Of a stretch of DNA of 16,292 bases, positions 1 to 8,537 are shown piece after piece. The stretch covers positions 1-16,292 of the forward strand of contig CAWDSQ010000002.1 in assembly GCA_963804955.1 (NCBI GenBank), in the 5' to 3' direction. The notes beneath the pieces are model-generated. The model had not been told where the DNA came from, ran no database searches, and saw nothing but the letters and a program-made list of their open reading frames with translations. The position numbers and the translations under genes were made by a program. This DNA comes from an uncultured delta proteobacterium. Its GTDB lineage: Bacteria > Desulfobacterota > WTBG01 > CAIYCZ01 > CAIRTM01. Every line of letters begins with the position of its first letter. The stretch's first letter is position 1.

Positions 1-1
1 G

Positions 2-118
2 AAAAAACAAAGCTTTTTTCACTGGATGATTCCCGGTATTGAAATCGTTTGGTTTTCAGACATCATTCTGCTGCTCTATGGCCTGTACGGCTTCTTCTCT
101 TTATACAGTAAAATGTAG
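2..118 (+). CDS. Possible 3' end of an upstream membrane-protein gene (truncated by window edge)
   Basis: Frame open from base 2 to TAG at 116-118, giving hydrophobic KKQSFFHWMIPGIEIVWFSDIILLLYGLYGFFSLYSKM*. No family recognised. Confidence 0.3.
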   Translation, partial: KKQSFFHWMIPGIEIVWFSDIILLLYGLYGFFSLYSKM

Positions 119-214
119 CGAACAACTGCACTGATGCTCCCCGCTTCCAAAGCAGGCTGCCGCGGCACAATCCGGTCTTCCGCAGACTTCTTGTATGTCG
201 CAGAGTAGTGCGCT

Positions 215-588
215 ATGGGAAGCTATGTAGACAATAATCTGATAGGCGGCGAGAGGTTCTGTATGAAGCAAGGCTTCATAGAATAATCTTTTTTTCCATC
301 CGGACATTCGTATCACTTTTCATCCTGCCGTTGTTCGACAGGACCACCAGCGAGTTCGTTATTACCAATAAGCGGGTAGTTGTGAAAATCGGTCTTATCT
401 GGCGCAGAACGCTTGAAATGAACCTGTCGCGGGTTGAAACGGTCAATGTCGATCAGTCGATTCTCGGCCGGCTTCTTGATTATGGAACAATTACCATTAT
501 CGGCACGGGCGGCACGAGGGAATCGTTCCGCAGTATCTCAAAGCCCCTTGAATTCAGGCGGTTTTTTCACGAAGCCGTTTCCTCGTAA
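215..588 (+). CDS. Bacterial PH-domain (bPH_2/YdbS-like) membrane protein, one apparent frameshift near 255
   Basis: ATG 215 gives MGSYVDNNLIGGE. After a -1 shift it continues VLYEARLHRIIFFS...LFDRTTSEFVITNKRVVVKIGLIWRRTLEMNLSRVETVNVDQSILGRLLDYGTITIIGTGG, which is the typical bPH_2 pattern. Confidence 0.8.
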
Positions 589-1742
589 TATGGCTGCCGC
601 GAATTAGCCCAGCCAATACCAGTGCGTAACATGATTGTGAACAGACCCATCAACAGGGCGCTGGTGCACAGCACAAGCTCAAACTTCTTCCGCCGAACAG
701 CGGCCACAGCGACATACAGCGGAAAAACGACTATAATGAATCGCCCCATGCTTCTCCAGAGGGAAAAGGAAGCCAGAATCGTTACGGCTGCCCATGTTGT
801 GTAAGCAGGAGGCAGGCGCCATGCGGCTAGTGCCAAAATCATTAAAGAGACTGCAAAGATAAGCAGATAAAGTATCTCCAGTGCCGGAATGTGCCCCGCT
901 ATAATTGCCGCCGGGGGCCAGAAGCTTTTAACGGTTTCAATGGCGGATTGCAAGGTTACCCCTTTTCCCCATCCTGCGACGTCCTGGCTTCGTACAAACT
1001 GGAGCGGGTCATCGAACCGAATAGCCAGAAACAGCATATAGCCTCCAAGCCCTGCCAGTCCTGCCCCGGCCCAGGCAAGGTTCAAGCGGATTTTACGCCA
1101 GTCAAAATCGATCTGCTCCAAATAGAGAAGCAGCAGAGCTATGGTTGTCAGGAATCCCACAGCGCGGGTAGCGCCTGCAGCGGCAGCGCTGAGTCCGGCA
1201 AAAACCCATCGCTTGCGCTCACCGAAATAAAAAACGCACACTGAGGCAAGCAGAAACGTCGATTCGGAATACATGGCGCTGAAGAAAATAGAAAACGGAT
1301 TGAAAGCAAGCAGTGCAACGGTTCTCCGTGCGGTTTCTTCGTCGTACTTGGCAAAAACAAGCTTGTACAGCACTACTACGGCAATGATAAAAGAAATATT
1401 TGAGACTAAAATTCCGGCTAAATGAATATCGCCTACAAGCGTGTTCAGGATGCGGATCAACAGAGGATACAGGGGAAAAAAGGCCGTATCCCGGTGCTCC
1501 CCCAACTGGGCGATATTGGTATAGCCGTTTTGCGCAATCGAAGCATACCAGGCAGAGTCCCACCGCGCCAGGCCGTCCAGAAAAAGATTATTTGGATAGG
1601 CGCGCCACAAACCATCGCCTGCAGCAAGCGGGATAAAAACAAGGCTCAAATATGTTAGCAGAAAGATTCCCGCCCGGCTGACAAGAAAAACAGTAAGAGG
1701 ATAGGAGTATTTTGCAATCCATTGCGAAGTCAGGTGGAGCAT
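567..1742 (-). CDS. PIG-V-like (GT76 / Mannosyl_trans2-type) polytopic GT-C glycosyltransferase
   Basis: Motifs LARWDSAWYASIAQNGY, AFFPLYPLL, FFSAMYSESTF, ATRAVG and SMGRF; many transmembrane segments; purine-rich RBS (AAGGGGGG) upstream. Confidence 0.85.
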   Translation of the reverse strand: MLHLTSQWIAKYSYPLTVFLVSRAGIFLLTYLSLVFIPLAAGDGLWRAYPNNLFLDGLARWDSAWYASIAQNGYTNIAQLGEHRDTAFFPLYPLLIRILNTLVGDIHLAGILVSNISFIIAVVVLYKLVFAKYDEETARRTVALLAFNPFSIFFSAMYSESTFLLASVCVFYFGERKRWVFAGLSAAAAGATRAVGFLTTIALLLLYLEQIDFDWRKIRLNLAWAGAGLAGLGGYMLFLAIRFDDPLQFVRSQDVAGWGKGVTLQSAIETVKSFWPPAAIIAGHIPALEILYLLIFAVSLMILALAAWRLPPAYTTWAAVTILASFSLWRSMGRFIIVVFPLYVAVAAVRRKKFELVLCTSALLMGLFTIMLRTGIGWANSRQPYYEETAS

Positions 1743-2069
1743 GTTTTCCCCCCTTATGTGACCCCGGGATATATACTTCCGTCTGTGGTGTAAAACTGGT
1801 TATTTACGGCGGGTCGGCACCTGCCCAACAAGTTTTCTCCGCATGTGCATGAGGTTCATAGAGTCAAAGAGTTGCAAGTGTTTGGCTGCGGTTATACACC
1901 GGTTGCATGAAATACGGAAGCCGTTTCTCAAAAGCAGCACAATCGGCTGGATGCAGAAAGCTCGTAGGAATGCAGTCCGTTTCGGCGGACGGAGCCCGCC
2001 GATTATTTTATTCAATTTTAAATATTGGTTGCACCCACACTGCCTTCATACCTTGATGCTGCAGGGTGC

Positions 2070-2639
2070 TTACCTGCAGGAGTCTGTTAAAGCGGCGAAG
2101 GCTTCCCGTGAACCGGCCAACGGGAACTCCGACACTATGGTGCGCTGAGGTTTTGTAAACGAGTTTATGCGAATCCTGAGAAGCGTTCCTTCGCGGGCCA
2201 TCCGCTTAATAAGCTGTGAAAGCGCTTTTGACTCGTTCGTCCGACCACCCACCCCGAAGCCGAAGCCGCCTGCATGCTCGGCAGACATCCATCCGCTTGC
2301 ATGGGCAAGCAGGGGCTTTGCAGGGCTGCCGCCTTCCAACTCAATCGTTACCAGTGCTTTGGCTTGCGCCGGTGCATAGGGGCCTTCGAAAGGCCTGAGG
2401 TCAAACACTTTCGTTACATTATCGGCATTGGCTATTGTGCAGTCAAGCCATGCCACGGGCGCGCCCTGTTTATTGCACGAGAGGCTCAGAAAGGCCTTCA
2501 CGCTCAAGTCGCCCACTGCCGCCGTTCCGGTCGCATCAACGATCCGCTGGTCATTCTGCTGCCTCAGGCTCCAGGTTCCGGCATGTGCCGTCACCGCGAA
2601 AAAAACTGCGGCAAGAATTATAATAGTCCGTGGCAACAT
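2070..2639 (-). CDS. Secreted/periplasmic hypothetical protein
   Basis: 189 aa ORF with Sec signal MLPRTIIILAAVFFAVTAHA|G and AAGGGGG RBS. No family recognised. Confidence 0.7.
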   Translation of the reverse strand: MLPRTIIILAAVFFAVTAHAGTWSLRQQNDQRIVDATGTAAVGDLSVKAFLSLSCNKQGAPVAWLDCTIANADNVTKVFDLRPFEGPYAPAQAKALVTIELEGGSPAKPLLAHASGWMSAEHAGGFGFGVGGRTNESKALSQLIKRMAREGTLLRIRINSFTKPQRTIVSEFPLAGSREAFAALTDSCR

Positions 2640-2699
2640 TCTTACCCCCTTGAACCGTTATTGATGCGCGGTGTGCGCATGCTTTTACCCACCTTGCCC

Positions 2700-2741
2700 A
2701 AAAAAGGAATGGCGGTTGAAGATTAAATCATCAACCGCCAT
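2700..2741 (-). terminator. Rho-independent terminator-like hairpin on the minus strand
   Basis: Perfect 11-bp inverted repeat ATGGCGGTTGA (2709-2719) / TCAACCGCCAT (2731-2741), followed on the minus strand by TCCTTTTTTT. Confidence 0.6.
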
Positions 2742-2840
2742 ACATGCAATATTTAATTTAAAAAATTAATTTAATTTTAAAGCCTGTTTAATCAATTATC
2801 AAGGGTAGCCGGCAAATACGCCTTGGCCATCAGGAGGCAT

Positions 2841-2978
2841 TCAATTATCCGTGGAGCGTGACTTTGCATAGGCTTCAAGCAGTTTTTTTTCCTGTTCGGG
2901 GGTAATTTCGTCAAAAGACTCCCGGACTTTGTCGGCAAACGTAAATAATAGGTGACAGATGACCCCTATTGTATACAT
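2841..2978 (-). CDS. Small 45 aa ORF (below the ORF-track cutoff)
   Basis: MYTIGVICHLLFTFADKVRESFDEITPEQEKKLLEAYAKSRSTDN*; protein-like amphipathic C-terminal half; terminator downstream; no clear RBS. Confidence 0.3.
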   Translation of the reverse strand: MYTIGVICHLLFTFADKVRESFDEITPEQEKKLLEAYAKSRSTDN

Positions 2979-3038
2979 AACAGCATCTTCAAACCCATTG
3001 AAAAATGTTCTTATTTTAAAATTACTAATTTTTTATTT

Positions 3039-3117
3039 TTGACAAGACAGAAACCGTTTGACAAAAAAATTTTAAATGCTAAATATGGACATGAATCCAT
3101 ATTCAATGTGGTATAAT
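3039..3117 (+). promoter_or_regulatory. Putative sigma70 promoter elements and TetR operator-like palindrome
   Basis: TTGACA at 3039-3044 and 3058-3063; TGCTAAAT near 3077-3084; TGGTATAAT at 3109-3117; imperfect palindrome ACATGAAT-ccat-ATTCAATGT at 3089-3109. Confidence 0.45.
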
Positions 3118-3118
3118 T

Positions 3119-3745
3119 ATGCCTTCAAAAAGCGCTGTAAAAAAAAAGCTTGTCCTAGACTCCGCAATAAAGGTTTTTGCGGAGAAAGGATATCAATATG
3201 CAACCATTGATGACATAGCAAAAGATGCCGGAATAGCAAAAGGTTCTATACATGCTTATTATGAAAATAAATTAGATTTGCTTCTTTCTATTATTCTCCT
3301 GTTTTGGCAGCTAATTAACGATGCGAACGCAAAAAAAATAAAAAATAACGAAGACCCTATAGCTGCATTAAAAGCAATCTTTAAGACCTTTCAAGATATT
3401 TTGCTGCACGATAAGCAATCATTATATTGGGGCAAAATACTTCAAGAGGGGCTACCAAAAATTCATATGATAAAAAGCCAAACCCTTAAGCAGAAAAAAA
3501 TTGATATAGACCGTGAAAGCAAAAAACTTATACAAAATATTGACGACGTGATCACAAGGGGTCAGCAGCAGGGTCTAATTAAAAGCTCTATTAATCCTCA
3601 AGTGCTGAGACAAATTTTAGGAGGTTCAAGTCAGTTGCTTGTTTACGGATTATTTATGCAATTCAGCCAGGGAGAAGGAATTGGTTATGGTCAGCAAAAT
3701 GTTAGAGATGCAATGGATTTGTTGATAGATTCTTTTACAGCCTGA
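3119..3745 (+). CDS. TetR/AcrR family transcriptional regulator
   Basis: N-terminal HTH LDSAIKVFAEKGYQYATIDDIAKDAGIAKGSIHAYYENKLDLL; 208 aa; C-terminal IDDVITRGQQQGLIK helix. Confidence 0.93.
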   Translation: MPSKSAVKKKLVLDSAIKVFAEKGYQYATIDDIAKDAGIAKGSIHAYYENKLDLLLSIILLFWQLINDANAKKIKNNEDPIAALKAIFKTFQDILLHDKQSLYWGKILQEGLPKIHMIKSQTLKQKKIDIDRESKKLIQNIDDVITRGQQQGLIKSSINPQVLRQILGGSSQLLVYGLFMQFSQGEGIGYGQQNVRDAMDLLIDSFTA

Positions 3746-4097
3746 GAGATTTTAGCCGGCTTTGTTTAGAAAACACAGGTGGTCGCTCTATCTGAGAAAA
3801 AAATACAAATTATACTATGCCCCTATGTCGGGCAAGCACATAGCGGCAAATACGGCTCGCAGCAAAAGCTTCTCATATAAAGTCCTTGTGATACTGGGAT
3901 TCTGCAAACAATTTATTGCCGTAGTCTATAACGTAAGCAAGAAGGAAAGGAGGCATGGCGCAGCTTTATTTCATATAATCCTGGTGATCTTGCTCCGGGA
4001 TGCTAAGTACTGCATTTCAGAAATACGATAACATATAATCCCGTTCGTTGCCCTTGTTTACTAATACACATTAATTTGGATAACATTGGGAGGGAGT

Positions 4098-6230
4098 ATG
4101 AAAGTACAACAACTAAAAATATGGCGTGCTGTTGTTATTGTACTGATGGCCTTGCTTTGTGTTTAGTTCAGATGTGTGTGCTTATGCGGAAGCAAACGAT
4201 GCTTTAAAAAAGATCATTGCAGAAGATGGTTCAACATGGGAGCAGGTCATCGAGCCCGGTTTTGGCAATAAAAACAATAGCTCCATAGTTTCTTTATGCC
4301 ATTATCAAGGCCGTTTATATGCTATAGCAAGAAACGATGTATCAGGTTGTGAAATATGGAGGACGAACGGCAAATCTTGGGAACAAGTCAACATCCCCGG
4401 ATTTACCGACAGTATATTGCATAAGAATGTTAATGCTGCGTATGGAAAGCTGATTAAATTTAAGAAGTGGCTGTATATGGCAGTTTCGTCAGGAGGTGAA
4501 GGCGCATATCTATATGGATCAATAGGATGCGAGCTGTGGCGGTTTGACGGGGAACAGTGGGAGCCGATTATTTCAAACAGCAGGGATGAAGATGAGACAG
4601 GCGTCATAACGGCGATTGCAAAATGTCTAGCCAATGATAATGAAACCACAGCTGAAATTGCTGACTCAAGCAAAAACTGGGTGCCGGATCAATGGGCCGG
4701 AGGGCGTTCTGCGAATCACTTCGGGGAGTGGAAAAGGCAGGGTTTTTAACATTATTAGCAACACGGATACAACCCTTGTTGTTCAGCAGAATGAGGTGGC
4801 GAATAAAACCGAATATACAAACTGTCAGGCCTTTATACCTGATATGACAGCCCCGCAGTACGCTGTGGGAGCTGTCTTTGAAAATGATTCCTATGAAATC
4901 GGGATCGGTGCAGATGAAAGCGGGTTCGGCGAAGTGTGGAACAAAACGATCATTGATATGGCGGTCTTAAATGGAGAACTGTACATTCCTATTGGCCATA
5001 ACTATGAAGATGGAACCCGAATATGGAAAACCTCAGATGGAACAACCTGGACTCCAACATCAGATTATTCGTTTGGACAATTTCACGGTTATGATTTGGA
5101 GGGTAATTTGACCGGCGTTTGTCTTCCGGGATACAACACGAACACCATCGGCATGCCGGTTTCTTCAAGCGCGACCCATTTTGGAAAAAGCGACATCAGC
5201 GGCATATTCACTCTGTACATAGGTGCAACCGGAACAACTGGGTGTAATGGACGTGGAGCCCGGGCACTGAGGCTTGAAAATGATATCTGGACCTATATCG
5301 TGGATAATTATGTTGATGAAAACAGCAGTGGCACCAATGAAAACGGCTTAGGAGATTCAGCAAGCTTTTTAACCGAGTAATTTTCAAGTATGGTCATGGG
5401 CAAACTATGACGGCAAGCTGTTTGCCGCAATAGCACGGCAAAGTGGTGGCGGTCGACTGATCTATTCCGAAACAGGCGGCCCCGAAGATGGCGCCTGGCA
5501 AATGGTTGTGGGCAAAGGTGCTTCTTCCATGAGCGATGCTGCTTTAATGCCCAATGGGTTTGATGGTGTTTCGGGATTATATGGATTTGGCTCAAACATT
5601 GCTTCGAATATATATACTTATGATGAGGCGTTGTATGCCGGAACTATTATGGCCATCGGCACGGTGACTCCTCCATTGCCAAGTGATCCTGTTTTTGACG
5701 GGGCTGATATCTGGAGGGCAACCGGCCCGGCAGAATCATGGTCTGGGCACGGGTAACCGGAGACGGATTTGGAGATGCAGACATGCATATGTTTGATTCC
5801 TTCTGTAAATTCAAGGGATCGATGTATGTTGCCGCGTCGGGTCTCTTCAGCGGTACGCCGCAGCAACGAACCACAACAGCAGAGCCAAAGGGGGCGTTAA
5901 TTTATCGGTTGGTAAAAGTGCCCAACTTTGTATCCATTAGCTCTATTCATGCCAGTCTTGACATGGACGGAACGCCGAACATTGTCTGGACAACAGAAAC
6001 AGAGTGTCAAACGTATTACCTTTAATGTGTACCGGTCTGATTCAGAGGCGCTCAATCACCCATACATACTTCTAAACACCACACCCATACAGGCAACAGG
6101 GGCGGGCTCGACCTATGCATATAGTGATACCGGCGCAGCCCAGGGTATGTATTACTATAAAATCGAAGGTGTTGACAAAAAAGGCAACAGCAAGTTTTAT
6201 GGGCCGTATGGCCCGATCAAAAAAAATTAA
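4098..6230 (+). CDS. Large secreted protein (~710 aa): seven-repeat beta-propeller-like region with an inserted domain and a C-terminal Ig/FN3-like domain; five apparent frameshifts
   Basis: RBS GGGAGGGAG then ATG 4098 with signal peptide MKVQQLKIWRAVVIVLMALLCV. Track ORFs 4159, 4634, 5502, 5738 and 5928 join into one reading via shifts near 4163, 4703, 5375, 5736 and 6015. Repeated [YF]xGxLY...GxxIWR...WxxV...GFG units; C-terminal WTTETE...FNVYRS...YAYSDT...YYYKIEGVD...FYGP. Confidence 0.75.
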
Positions 6231-6333
6231 CGCTTTTAGGGCATTTTAATTTGTAGCTGAAAAGCCAAACTTTATAAATAGTTCTCTTATTCAACCTATT
6301 GCTTTTTGAGAACCATACTAAGGAGGCATACGT

Positions 6334-7292
6334 ATGGAAATTAGGAATTACAACACCAGAATTTACCAACTTTTTTTTATAAACCGCCGGTTTCTGCTGA
6401 TGCCAATTATATTTTTATGCTGCTTTCTGCTGACTTCTTGCGAGCCTCCGGCACCCGATTATGATCTGTATGAAAACATGGGCGACTATATGAAGGCCAA
6501 GCTTGTCGATGCCGGAGCCACCGAGCGCACCGAAATGCCCGGCATTTTCGCTCCCGGCACGGACTATATAAAGCGGCTCAGGGGCCTGGTGAGGCTGGTG
6601 TTCGGCAGCAAAACGCTGCAGGTGTATCTGCAATCCTACGAAAGCGATAGGATTGCCGTGGGATCCATAAGCCAATTTGAGGCGCCACCCGAATCCGGCC
6701 AGTACACGGACTGCGCTTTTGTCGTCCGGCCCACGGCAAAAGGGGTGCGCTGATCATGCAGGGCGATGCGCGTGCGGCCATGTCCGGTTCGGACGAGGAA
6801 TTCAGCATGGATTTTTATAATTTCGATGATACGACCATCGACGTTGACGGATTTTTCGGTCCTGCAGGGCTGGCAAAACTCAATCAGGCCATGGCGCTGG
6901 TTGAGCAGTACCAGATACCGGTGCCGCCCGCCGGCGACCGCGGCGGCCTGACCGAATATCTCAACCCCTATAAGTCTCCCTACCGGCTTGAGCTTGCGGC
7001 CCCCGAGGATGATGAGACTGCGCGCGAGGCTTATGCTGATGCAGCGCTGCAGGCATTCAAGCTGTATCAGGATGCCTATTTTGAGGCCCTAGATAATGCC
7101 ACCCAGGATGATGACGGGGATATCGTTCAGCGAAGAGCTACGGCGACAGCGTCGTTCATAGATTTGTTTGAAGCAGAAGATATCGCTGTTATGATTGGCA
7201 GGCTGCTGTTTGGCAAGGATGACTTTCCGCTGTATTTCAATGAGGGCTTCTGGCGCGAAGGCGCCTATGGCAGCCATACTACAAACCCGTAA
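6334..7292 (+). CDS. Lipoprotein with ferredoxin-dependent bilin reductase/RCCR-like fold (~319 aa; one apparent frameshift near 6735-6750)
   Basis: RBS AAGGAGG; lipobox LTS|C at Cys36; ORFs 6334 and 6756 join. Motif order VVRP..LIMQGD..MDFY..YKSPYRL..AFKLYQDAYF..EDIAVMIGRLLFGKDDFPLYFNEGFW parallels the FDBR pattern. Fold assigned by eye, not by search. Confidence 0.6.
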
Positions 7293-7307
7293 ATTGGAGG
7301 AATTGTC

Positions 7308-8115
7308 ATGAAGAAAGTCGTAAGAAGTTATCGTCCAAGGCATGTATTGATTTTTTTAGCTTTAATGTGCACAGCATTGTTTTTGTTTGAATCGGCCTCA
7401 GCGCAGACTATTGATTTTTATAGGCAGCGCCAAAACCACGCTGAGGACATTCATGAAAACACCTGTTGCATTTGATGAAACCCTGCGGCACTATGAAACA
7501 GAGGGCGGCTCTATCGACCGGGGTGTCTACCAAGGGATACGATAGAAAAAATCGTCTTTTCCTCAATTAAAATAAAGCCGACCGGTGTAACTGAAGAGTC
7601 TGTTTTTATATTCCTCAAAGCTGGTTACGTGTACCCTGTATGTTGGGCGAATTAACCGTTTTTTGTTTATGAAACTTTTGATATTCGATTTCTTTTCTTC
7701 CGTTGCGGACCTGGTCATGAATCCGGAATATGGCCAAACAGCAGATGGCAGCCTGTAAAAAGCAGCTAAAGCAGCTGACATGGATGATATACTTAAAAGA
7801 ACTGTGCGCGACAAGGCTGTTGAGTTTTCCTCGCTGGCTGTTTATGCATATTCGCCCTACAAAATGGTTGTCAGGGTGTCTAAGCGCGGCGCTCTAAAAA
7901 TAGCCGACATTGTTGATGCTTATGGCAAAACCTTCATAGATTTTGCCACCAGACGGCCCCCCAACTTGAAGAGGGTCAGGCTCGCACCTATGCAACCCGA
8001 AAAATTAGCAGCGCTGCGTAAGCTGATGCGGGAAAACGATCCGGGCTACAAATATATGCTGCGGAGGTTTTTGGCGAAAGACAAAACAGAAGAAATTATG
8101 GATGTACTTTTTTAA
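7308..8115 (+). CDS. Secreted protein with FDBR/RCCR-like fold (~268 aa), disrupted by several indels and an in-frame TAA (sequence error or pseudogene)
   Basis: RBS GGAGG at 7296-7300, ATG 7308, signal peptide MKKVVRSYRPRHVLIFLALMCTALFLFESASA|QT. Reconstructed IEKIVFSSIKIK..EESVFIF..YVYPVCWAN..LIFDF..DLVMNPEYG..YSPYKMVV..DAYGKTFI..LMRENDPGYKYMLRRF..KTEEIMDVLF*. Lesions near 7417, 7535, 7653 and 7756. Confidence 0.6.
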
Positions 8116-8537
8116 TTAGCCTCGCCAACGGGATATGTGGATTGAAGGTATCGCTTTAAAGCCCAAAAATAAGAACTATTAATTGGTTACATAAAAAAAT
8201 AAGAAAAAAATCAGCTGTAGATTTATACATGCTTTTTTGTTATCTCTTTTTATTGTTTGAGTTATCCATAGCCGCTGCCTGCAACCCATAAAAGGCACTG
8301 CAGGCGCGGTTGTGGGGACCTCAACTGAGCAATAGCAATAGCACCCACAGATCTTCTTGGTAGATCCTTTAATTTAATTTTCAGCTTAACTCCTCAGCCA
8401 CGTAGCCGGTTTAAAACTGATAAAAATTTTTGGGTTTTGAAGTTATACGGAATCCTGCTATTGAACCAAGGCAGGACTAACTTTTAGTAGTGATTACATA
8501 ACCATAAACAGTTATAATGAAGACTATGGACGACGAT

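Noticed and set aside
3762..4031. 89 aa ORF after tetR and the mini-ORF MAQLYFI after GAAAGGAGG
   Set aside because: The long ORF has a TTG start with no RBS and no recognisable protein features; the mini-ORF RBS is only 1 nt from its ATG.
3968..4040. Purine-riboswitch-like start (CATATAATCCTGG..CCGGGA)
   Set aside because: It lacks the ATATGG loop, the GTTTCTAC junction, the CCGTAAA loop and a closing P1; the downstream gene is unrelated to purine metabolism.
8400..8537. Moco/tungsten-cofactor riboswitch upstream of aor
   Set aside because: Only a short TCCTGC/GCAGGA hairpin is present; the characteristic motif elements are not visible.
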